A stretch of 32,000 nucleotides of DNA from an uncultured Erysipelotrichaceae bacterium (lineage in GTDB: Bacteria; Bacillota_I; Bacilli_A; Erysipelotrichales; Erysipelotrichaceae). Position numbers and translations under genes: made by a program. This document shows positions 7,584 to 14,651 of this stretch, piece after piece (within the stretch, counting starts at the first letter, position 1; every line of letters begins with the position of its first letter). The notes beneath the pieces were generated by a model. The model was not told where the DNA came from. It ran no database searches and saw nothing but the letters and a program-made list of their open reading frames with translations. The stretch spans positions 1,260,001-1,292,000 of the forward strand of contig OW818668.1 of NCBI GenBank assembly GCA_942493105.1, written 5' to 3'.

Positions 7584-9131
7584 ATGAACCCGAAAACTCA
7601 CATTTATTGGACAGATATGCACAGTAATCTTCATCATGAAAAAATGATGGAGCTTGAGAAATGGTTTAAACACATCCAACAATTGATGGATTTTTGGCCG
7701 ATTGCCTATTATCCTTTTACGATGAAAGCTTTACCGATCGGGATCAGTGTTGAAGATCTGCATGATGAGGATAAGTTCAAAGCCGATTGGGAAACCATAA
7801 GAGCTTTTACGAAGAAAGCCAATGAAGAAGGTTTCCCTATGTTTATGGGTTATGAGTGGCAAGGTTCTGGTGAAGACGGAGATCATAATGTGTTTTTTAA
7901 AGACAATGATCAAGACATCGTTTTTCCTTTAAGATATACCCAACTCAGAGATCATTTTAAAGATAAAGATGTGATTGCGATACCACATCATTTGGCTTAT
8001 CAACCCTTAAATAGAGGTAAGAATTGGGACACTCACGATGAACAGTTTTCACCTTTCGTAGAAACGTATTCATCTCATGGCAGCAGTGAAAATGATACAG
8101 ATTCACTGCCTATGGTTCGCCATATCCACATGGGTCCTCGAACAGGAGTAACAACCGTCGTCAAAGGTCTTCAAAATGGTCATCGTTTTGGGATCATTGC
8201 CTCTGGAGACAATCATAGCGTACCTGGGGTGTATGAATATGGAACCATGGCGTGTATCGCAACCGAGTGTACCAAAGAAGCGCTGTGGGATGCGATGAAA
8301 CAGAGACGAGTCTATGGGGTCTCTAGAGATCGCATCAAGCTTGATTTTAAGCTGGATGAAGTGTTGATGGGTGGCGAGATAAAAGCTTCCCCAAATAGTC
8401 AATTGAAGGTTCAAATCGAAGGCAGTGATCGTCTTGATCGCGTTGAGATCATCGATGGGAGTCGAGTCATCGATGTGGTAAATATGTTGAGTCCACATAG
8501 AAATGATTTACCTAATGAAAACATACGCATTAAATTCAAGATCGAATTTGGATGGGGACCAGATCGAAGGATCTTTCCTGAGATTGCCTCTAAAGTATGG
8601 AATGGATCTTTCAAATCGAGTGGAAAAATAAAGTCGATTGAAAAATGTTGGAATAATTTTGGCCAGAAACTAGAAAATGTCGATGATCATCATTTTGATT
8701 TCACGATCACGTCTTATAAAAATGCGGCCAACGATAAATGGATGGCGACTTCAGCCATGACGACAGAAGGTTTCATCATCGAACTACAGACTCAAATCGA
8801 TGCTTGTTTTGATGTGATCGTCGATGGGAAAACTTATACCTTCAAAGTCTCAGATATTTTAGATTCTTCCCACATCATAGAAATGAGTGATGAGGTCAAA
8901 GCTTTGATCTTTGAAAGATATGGATTTAGTGAATACTATCGTCAAGATACGTGGTGGCATCATGCCTATAAATTTAAAATTGGACAAGCCTGTCGATCTG
9001 ATGAATATGAAATGACGATCGATAAACAGATCGATACCACATCTTTAAACAGTGTCAGACTTAGAGTTTGGGAAAACAATGGCTCTGTTGCCTGGAGCAG
9101 TCCGATTTTCATCAAGAAGGAGTCCTTATGA
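7584..9131 (+). CDS. DUF3604/PHP-like putative metal-dependent hydrolase (function unknown)
   Basis: 515 aa with no signal peptide. Ordered His/Asp/Glu motifs WTDMHSNLHH, FMGYEWQG..DGDHNVFF, AIPHHLAY, YSSHGSSE and ASGDNHS resemble the DUF3604/PHP metal-ligand pattern. The C-terminal ~220 aa are unassigned. Confidence 0.45.
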   Translation: MNPKTHIYWTDMHSNLHHEKMMELEKWFKHIQQLMDFWPIAYYPFTMKALPIGISVEDLHDEDKFKADWETIRAFTKKANEEGFPMFMGYEWQGSGEDGDHNVFFKDNDQDIVFPLRYTQLRDHFKDKDVIAIPHHLAYQPLNRGKNWDTHDEQFSPFVETYSSHGSSENDTDSLPMVRHIHMGPRTGVTTVVKGLQNGHRFGIIASGDNHSVPGVYEYGTMACIATECTKEALWDAMKQRRVYGVSRDRIKLDFKLDEVLMGGEIKASPNSQLKVQIEGSDRLDRVEIIDGSRVIDVVNMLSPHRNDLPNENIRIKFKIEFGWGPDRRIFPEIASKVWNGSFKSSGKIKSIEKCWNNFGQKLENVDDHHFDFTITSYKNAANDKWMATSAMTTEGFIIELQTQIDACFDVIVDGKTYTFKVSDILDSSHIIEMSDEVKALIFERYGFSEYYRQDTWWHHAYKFKIGQACRSDEYEMTIDKQIDTTSLNSVRLRVWENNGSVAWSSPIFIKKESL

Positions 9132-10492
9132 ACATTGTCTACATTCACACCCATGATATGGGTAAATTCATCAGTCCTTATGGTTATGCGACACCAACAA
9201 AAAACATCATGGCTTTTGCGAAAGAAGCCACTGTTTTTACCAACAGTTTCTGTGTTGCCCCAACCTGTTCACCCAGTCGAGCTGCTTTATTGACAGGTAC
9301 TTATCCTCATCAAAACGGTATGCTTGGCTTAGCACAACGCGGTTTTAATTTAAACGATTACAGTCAACACTTGGTTCAATTCTTGTCTAGAGCAGGCTAT
9401 ACGACGGTATTGAGCGGGATTCAGCATGAGGCAGGGTGGTATTTAGAAAACAGTGGTGCTGATAAAGTAGGTTATCAGATCAATTTGACAGCCGATGCTC
9501 AACCATATGAGCGAGAAGACCTTCATCTGTGGGATCATACCAACGCTAAAAAAGCAGCTAATTGGATCAAACAAGCCGATCCTAAGAAACCCTTCTTTTT
9601 ATCCTATGGGATGCATTCTACGCATCGTCCTTTCCCGCTGGATATCGATCCTTCCATCGATAAAAACTATCTGCAGCCGGCTAGTCCCATCACCAACAAT
9701 GCGATCACACGTCATGATCATGCGCAATTATTGACCTCACTGAAATATGCAGATGAAGGCTTTGCGATGATCATCGATGAACTTAAAGCCAAAGGCATTT
9801 ATGATGAGTCGATCATTTTGTTTACGACCGATCATGGTTTACCTTTACCGTTCCATAAATGTTATCTTAATGATTTTGGGATCGCAGTCAGTATGATCAT
9901 GCGTGTCCCATTTGCCAGTTCTAATGGTCAAGTCATTGACACCATGGTTTCTCATATCGATGTATTCCCAACCTTATGTGATCTCTTGAACTTAGAAAAA
10001 CCAATTACATTGGAAGGCAAATCATTTGAAGCTTTATTTAAGGGCGGAAACTTTGAGAATGAGCTGATCTTTGCGGAAATCAATTTTCATACTTCCTATG
10101 AACCTTCACGTTGTGTACGCTCAAAACGCTATAAATACATCAAATTCTTTGATGCGGATCATTTAAAAACCAATCCTTCTAATGTGGATGTTTCTTTGAC
10201 AAGAGAATTCTATATTGAAAACGGATGGCTAGATCTGGATAAAGATAAAGAAGGTTTATATGATCTGTTCTATGATCCAAGTGAAAAGAATAATCTGATC
10301 GAAGATCCTAAAGTCGCCAATATTGCCCAAAAGATGCGTGAAGCACTTTTGGATTTCCAAATCAAAACCAAGGATCCTTTATTAAATGGTCCAATTGAAG
10401 TCAAAAAGACTTATAAAGTCAATAAACAAGCCTGTATCGATCCTTCAAGCAAAGATCCAAAGGACTATGATCCTAGAGGAGTAACCCCATGA
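9128..10492 (+). CDS. Cys-type (formylglycine-dependent) sulfatase, no signal peptide (predicted cytoplasmic)
   Basis: CVAPTCSPSRAALLTGTYPHQNGM is the C-x-P-x-R FGly motif. DHG (TTDHGLPL) and other S1 sulfatase blocks are present. ATG 9128 follows RBS AAGAAGGAG and makes an ATGA overlap with the upstream stop. The protein begins MNIVYIHTHDMGK, directly in the catalytic core. Confidence 0.85.
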   Translation: MNIVYIHTHDMGKFISPYGYATPTKNIMAFAKEATVFTNSFCVAPTCSPSRAALLTGTYPHQNGMLGLAQRGFNLNDYSQHLVQFLSRAGYTTVLSGIQHEAGWYLENSGADKVGYQINLTADAQPYEREDLHLWDHTNAKKAANWIKQADPKKPFFLSYGMHSTHRPFPLDIDPSIDKNYLQPASPITNNAITRHDHAQLLTSLKYADEGFAMIIDELKAKGIYDESIILFTTDHGLPLPFHKCYLNDFGIAVSMIMRVPFASSNGQVIDTMVSHIDVFPTLCDLLNLEKPITLEGKSFEALFKGGNFENELIFAEINFHTSYEPSRCVRSKRYKYIKFFDADHLKTNPSNVDVSLTREFYIENGWLDLDKDKEGLYDLFYDPSEKNNLIEDPKVANIAQKMREALLDFQIKTKDPLLNGPIEVKKTYKVNKQACIDPSSKDPKDYDPRGVTP

Positions 10493-11928
10493 ACTATCCC
10501 AATCAAACCGAACTTTTAAAAGCATATGCGACTTTTACCCAAGATATTTTTAAAAAAGTAAAAGAAACCCAATTTGAAACGATTGCGAAGCTAGGAACGC
10601 TCATCTTTAAGCAATTGGCCACTGGTCATTCATTTTGGATGTATGGCAGCGGACATTCGCATATCTTGTGTGAAGAAATGATTGATAAGAAGGGTGGCTA
10701 TTCGTTTGTTAAGACGACTTGTTTAGAAGAAGTCTTAGGCAATCCATCAAAATGCGGTATCTTAGAGCGTGAAGCAGAGTTTGCTTATGCGATCTTACCT
10801 TTCTTTGAAGCTAAGGCAGGGGATATTGTTTATTTGATCTCCAATTCTGGAACCAATGGGGTCATCGTAGAATTGGCCAAAACTTTTAAAGAAAGAGGTT
10901 GTGTCGTAGTTGCCCACTGTAATATGACTCAATCTAAGAAAGTATCACCACGTCATCCTTCAGGCAAGAAATTATATGACTTTGCGGATTTCATCATCGA
11001 TAACTGCGGTAAAGATGGGGATGCGGCCTTTGAAGTCGTTCCTGGACAAAATATGGGGGCAACTTCCAATATGGTGGGATCCTTTATCTTACAAGCCCTT
11101 AATGTGGTCTTTACGACAATGCTTGCTGCCTATGAATCTGATGAAGCGCATTTACTTAACGGAAGTTTAAAAGATAAAGTGATCAATCAACCAGTTGATT
11201 TGAAACTGATCATGGATCAGTTGGATCGTTATGTTGAAACCTTCAATGAACACTTTACCCAGATCACCAAAACTCAATTTCCATCCATCATCAAGGCATC
11301 TAATTTGATTGGTGATGTTATTTTAGCCAATCGCTCCAGTTATATGTTTGGGATGGGCCATGATCATTCTTTGGTTGAAGAGATCCATGCCAGGGCAGGG
11401 ACCATCATGGTCAATAAATCCTTGGTCATGAATTGCCCAGAACTGATGATTTTTAAGGGTCTACAAAAATCCAATGCCTATGCGAATTGTCCGCATTATG
11501 CCGATGCGATTTTAGCTCAAATCGATCCTCAAGAAAATGAAGGATTCCTTTTGGTCTCGCAATCCTTTAGTGAACCGGCTTTGATCAGAATGTTAGATTT
11601 ATTAAAAGAAAAGAAATGTAAAGTCGTGGTCATGGTCAATCAGAACTTGGCTAAAACACAAAGCACCAAGGCTTATCTTAATGCAGATGTCGTATTGGAT
11701 AATTGTTGCGATGAAAGCGATGCTGCTTTATGGATCAGTGATAATGCTACCGCGGCCTTGTCTACACCTTTAAGTGCCTTTGTCTTACAGAGCTATGTCT
11801 TATCCATGGGTCATTACGTCACTGAAAAAGGGATGATTTTACCAGCTCGAATCAGTGTCAATACAGATCGTGGACTTAACTTTACAGAAAACTTGAATCG
11901 TGATCATTTTAAGAAGAGCATCGTCTAA
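10489..11928 (+). CDS. Tandem (duplicated) SIS-domain protein of the UPF0309 / SIS_2 type
   Basis: 479 aa. Half 1 has WMYGSGHSHILCEEM, LISNSGTNG and SPRHPSGKKLYDFADFIIDNCG. Half 2 repeats the architecture (YMFGMGHDHSLVEEI, LVSQSFSEP, ADVVLDNCCDESDAA) with degenerate motifs. ATGA overlap with the sulfatase stop. Confidence 0.7.
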   Translation: MNYPNQTELLKAYATFTQDIFKKVKETQFETIAKLGTLIFKQLATGHSFWMYGSGHSHILCEEMIDKKGGYSFVKTTCLEEVLGNPSKCGILEREAEFAYAILPFFEAKAGDIVYLISNSGTNGVIVELAKTFKERGCVVVAHCNMTQSKKVSPRHPSGKKLYDFADFIIDNCGKDGDAAFEVVPGQNMGATSNMVGSFILQALNVVFTTMLAAYESDEAHLLNGSLKDKVINQPVDLKLIMDQLDRYVETFNEHFTQITKTQFPSIIKASNLIGDVILANRSSYMFGMGHDHSLVEEIHARAGTIMVNKSLVMNCPELMIFKGLQKSNAYANCPHYADAILAQIDPQENEGFLLVSQSFSEPALIRMLDLLKEKKCKVVVMVNQNLAKTQSTKAYLNADVVLDNCCDESDAALWISDNATAALSTPLSAFVLQSYVLSMGHYVTEKGMILPARISVNTDRGLNFTENLNRDHFKKSIV

Positions 11929-11960
11929 TTAATTTTCACGTTTAAATGTTGGGGGTCAGT

Positions 11961-12743
11961 ATGATCGCAATAGAAGCCTTGATTGTTTTTGTGGCGACCT
12001 TGATTGGAGCCATTACGGGTTTGGGTGGTGGTGTCATCATCAAACCCTTTTTTGAATTAGCAGGGTTACATGATACTCAAACGATTGGAGTCTTATCTGC
12101 CTTTGCGGTCTTTACCATGTCGATTGTCTCTTTAGTCAAGAATAAACAACATTTTATAAGCCTTCAAAAAAACATCATTCTGTTTTTAGCGAGCGGATCT
12201 TTCTTAGGAGGTCTGTTGGGCAATACCATTTTTGGATGGATCAAAACCATGACTCCCGATGAGAATCTTCTTAAATTATCTCAGTCTATGGTATTACTGC
12301 TGGTTTTGATCATCATTGTATTAGCGACGATTTTTAAATCTCGGATTAAGACATATCGGGTTAAAAGTGCTTGGGTAATCTTTAGTGCAGGTTTGTTGCT
12401 GGGTTGTATCTCGGTATTTTTAGGGATCGGAGGTGGTCCTTTAAACATCATCTGCTTAAGTGTTCTGTTTTCCTTTGGGATGAAAGAATCGGTTATCTAT
12501 TCGATCAGTACTGTTTTCTTTGCGCAATTATCTAAACTTACTCAAGTTTATATTGTGAATCAGTTTAAGGAATATGATCTTGGATTGATTGTGTGGATTT
12601 GTCTTTTTGCACTGTTAGGGGGTTATGTTGGATCAAAGGTCCACCTTAAGATATCCAGTGCTCATATTCAAAAGATCTACTTACTGACCATGATTTTCTT
12701 GATTTTTCTGACTTTATTTAATATATCGCGCTGCTTTATATAG
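11961..12743 (+). CDS. TauE/SafE family anion (sulfite/sulfate-type) exporter
   Basis: Polytopic protein with the two glycine-rich half-repeats GLGGGVIIKP and GIGGGPLNI typical of TauE/SafE. ATG 11961 is preferred (GGGGG RBS). ATG 11946 is also possible. Confidence 0.75.
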   Translation: MIAIEALIVFVATLIGAITGLGGGVIIKPFFELAGLHDTQTIGVLSAFAVFTMSIVSLVKNKQHFISLQKNIILFLASGSFLGGLLGNTIFGWIKTMTPDENLLKLSQSMVLLLVLIIIVLATIFKSRIKTYRVKSAWVIFSAGLLLGCISVFLGIGGGPLNIICLSVLFSFGMKESVIYSISTVFFAQLSKLTQVYIVNQFKEYDLGLIVWICLFALLGGYVGSKVHLKISSAHIQKIYLLTMIFLIFLTLFNISRCFI

Positions 12744-12859
12744 TAATAAGGTAACCATTTTAATAATAGTAGGAATCTTTGATTTCATAGAATGGTTGTA
12801 AGGCATGATTATTCATGGGTTTGATTTCATGAACATGTGGATACATGTGAAATAAATGC

Positions 12860-12888
12860 TTAACAAGTTCATGTGTTATGGGTATAAT
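12860..12888 (+). promoter_or_regulatory. Candidate sigma-A promoter of the lipoprotein gene
   Basis: TTAACA (12860-12865), 17 nt, TATAAT (12883-12888), 24 nt upstream of ATG 12913. Confidence 0.5.
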
Positions 12889-12912
12889 GGAAGCAATAAA
12901 CAAGGGGAAATT

Positions 12913-13539
12913 ATGAGAAAATTACTGATCAGTTTAGTGTTGGGAAGTTTAATCCTGGCTGGTTTTAGTGCATGTGCCTCTAAACCTAAACCAGAAGCTG
13001 CAGTCAAAGTATTTCTAGAAGCTTTTAAGAAGGGTGATGAGACCTTCGATTATGACAAGATGTTTGATTCAGAAGTGACCTTCTTGGATAATGTCCCACT
13101 GACAACTGATGAAGAAACACCGATTGAAATCCAAACCAGAGCTGAAGAACTCTTATTGGGTTTTGAATATGAAGTCGTTAAAGCAGTCGTCGCTAAAGAC
13201 GGAAATACAGCCCTTGTAACGGTAAAGTTTACGACAGTTAATATGGGTGATATCTTCTTTAAATTCTTTACCACATACATCACTAAGGCCATGGAAGCAC
13301 TATTTAATGGTGCCACTGAAGCAGAAGTAACAGTGATGGCAACTGAGCTTTTCTTAGAAGCATCAAAAGATGCGAAGAAAGATAAGTTAAGCACTGTAGA
13401 TATTCAGATGGTCTATGTTGATAAAGTTTGGTTGATCAAAGGCGGAGAAACCAATAAAGTCATGTTTGATGCCTTATTGGGTGGTATGATCACCGTCATT
13501 GAAGATCTGCAGGAAATGCAAAACCCTGAAACAAATTAA
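12913..13539 (+). CDS. Lipoprotein (DUF4878-like small secreted domain)
   Basis: MRKLLISLVLGSLILAGFSAC is a signal peptide plus lipobox Cys. PEAAVKVFLEAFKKGD is typical of DUF4878-like lipoproteins. The track start 12856 lies inside the predicted promoter, so ATG 12913 (RBS AAGGGGAAA) is used. Confidence 0.65.
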   Translation: MRKLLISLVLGSLILAGFSACASKPKPEAAVKVFLEAFKKGDETFDYDKMFDSEVTFLDNVPLTTDEETPIEIQTRAEELLLGFEYEVVKAVVAKDGNTALVTVKFTTVNMGDIFFKFFTTYITKAMEALFNGATEAEVTVMATELFLEASKDAKKDKLSTVDIQMVYVDKVWLIKGGETNKVMFDALLGGMITVIEDLQEMQNPETN

Positions 13540-13544
13540 TAAGT

Positions 13545-13573
13545 AAGATGACACTTTTAGTGCCATCTTTTTT
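13545..13573 (+). terminator. Rho-independent terminator
   Basis: AAGATGACAC (13545-13554) pairs with GTGCCATCTT (13560-13569), giving 9 of 10 bp. The T6 run spans 13568-13573. Confidence 0.7.
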
Positions 13574-13602
13574 AATAAGCTTACTTAAACAAGGAGATAA
13601 AC

Positions 13603-14121
13603 ATGTCTGAGTCTATTGATAATATCATTATCGAGGAACATGAATTATTTGGGAATGGTCATTCCATGAAGTTCTTTAACTTCTTATACAAGACTTTTTT
13701 CTTCTTCTTTATCGTTGGATTGGTCTTAGAAGTTTCATCATTGACCAATTCATTCATCGTCGATTATAAAAAAGATCTGCCTTTATTCTTATCGATATGG
13801 GGCAATCTCAGTACTTTATTTTTGTTTGTGGTTTTGATTGTCTATAATCTTGTGATGACAAGTGCCATCATCAAAAAAGATAAACAGAAATTCTCGGTTT
13901 TGATGGTGTGGAGATACCCTTTAGCAACGTTATTTCTAGTGATCAATTACTTTATGTATGTCCTTCAATATCCGGAATTATCAACTATCCTTTTACCTCA
14001 GACTGTTTTTCAGTCCTTTATCCAACTGGTATTATTTATTCCCATATTTATTTATTTAAGAAAAAGGATGAACAAGAAATATCCTTCCGATATCCATCAA
14101 GATTTATTTAGACAAACATAA
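13603..14121 (+). CDS. Hypothetical polytopic membrane protein (about 4 TM)
   Basis: 172 aa. RBS AAGGAG. Hydrophobic segments FFFFFIVGLVLEVSSL, LSTLFLFVVLIVYNLVMTSAII, LATLFLVINYFMYVL and FIQLVLFIPIFIYL. No family recognised. Confidence 0.5.
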   Translation: MSESIDNIIIEEHELFGNGHSMKFFNFLYKTFFFFFIVGLVLEVSSLTNSFIVDYKKDLPLFLSIWGNLSTLFLFVVLIVYNLVMTSAIIKKDKQKFSVLMVWRYPLATLFLVINYFMYVLQYPELSTILLPQTVFQSFIQLVLFIPIFIYLRKRMNKKYPSDIHQDLFRQT

Positions 14122-14220
14122 CAGCTTATTTCTCGTTTGTTTAAAAACAGCTTAAATCACACTCATCGTAGGTAGACACTGATGATTTCAACCTTTATCC
14201 TAAAGATATGGGGAGTCATC

Positions 14221-14349
14221 ATGTCTGATAAAATGAACAAAATTTATAATATCTTTATGTGGATTGTTTTAATCACTGTTGTATTCATATCCGTGCTTAT
14301 GGCAAGACTAAAAACTTTTGCTGATATGATTAGTCAGTTGAGACCATGA
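14221..14349 (+). CDS. Small single-TM protein (42 aa), not in the supplied ORF track
   Basis: MSDKMNKIYNIFMWIVLITVVFISVLMARLKTFADMISQLRP. RBS GGGGAG lies 6 nt upstream. The stop TGA 14347-14349 overlaps ATG 14346 of the next ORF (ATGA). Confidence 0.4.
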   Translation: MSDKMNKIYNIFMWIVLITVVFISVLMARLKTFADMISQLRP

Positions 14350-14576
14350 ATCAACGTTATTTTTACATCAACGACCTACAATTGGTTGGTAAGAAAGTCA
14401 ATAAAGCTTCTTACTTATATAAGAATCAGATTTGGGAGGATGATACTCAAAACATCATCGATGATCGCTTAACAGGATACTGTCATATCTTAAAGACCAC
14501 AGGACATCCACATATGCTGATCAAAATTGAAGAAATCAGTTGTGAAGATGCGAAAAGGTTGATGAACCTTTATTAA
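14346..14576 (+). CDS. Hypothetical protein (76 aa)
   Basis: ORF translationally coupled to the 42-aa ORF and followed by a terminator. No family recognised. Confidence 0.4.
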   Translation: MNQRYFYINDLQLVGKKVNKASYLYKNQIWEDDTQNIIDDRLTGYCHILKTTGHPHMLIKIEEISCEDAKRLMNLY

Positions 14577-14623
14577 TAAACCGAAATCCAATATTTGCCA
14601 TTTTTAATGCTACTCGTCATATT

Positions 14624-14651
14624 AAAAAGATAAACAAACGTTTATCTTTTT
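14624..14651. terminator. Bidirectional terminator between convergent genes
   Basis: AAAAA-GATAAAC-aaac-GTTTATC-TTTTT (stem 14629-14635 / 14640-14646). A/T runs on both sides. Abuts the LCP stop codon. Confidence 0.7.

Noticed and set aside
8103-8498. Antisense or alternative-frame ORFs nested inside longer genes. The list is 650-880, 2386-2604, 4332-4559, 4691-4879, 5090-5338, 5398-5625, 5856-6104, 6908-7123, 7497-7682, 7731-7913, 8103-8498, 8411-8614, 8966-9154, 9495-9734, 10976-11170, 13050-13394, 13908-14111, 15311-15562, 17066-17293, 17538-17876, 17858-18055, 18334-18612, 22034-22222, 22543-22734, 22613-22840, 26952-27245, 27703-27891, 28434-28664 and 29398-29667.
   Set aside because: Each lies wholly within, or opposite to, a gene with clear family motifs. 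They have no RBS and a low-complexity or odd composition. They are typical shadow ORFs.
9068-9127. 5' extensions of track ORFs: 4698 for IIC, 6296 for YcxB-like, 9068 for sulfatase, 12856 for lipoprotein, 21958 for wecC and 26869 for fnlB.
   Set aside because: The extensions overlap upstream genes, hairpins, promoters or the gene's own RBS. Internal ATGs with good Shine-Dalgarno spacing, or ATGA coupling, start exactly where family homology begins.
12824-12853. An imperfect palindrome ATTTCA...CATGT-ggat-ACATG-TGAAAT, with a duplicated TTTGATTTCAT (about 12777 and 12821), downstream of tauE, as a terminator or operator.
   Set aside because: The stem is interrupted by a 4-nt bulge and there is no following T-run. 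It sits just upstream of the predicted lipoprotein promoter, so it could be either. The evidence is too weak to call.
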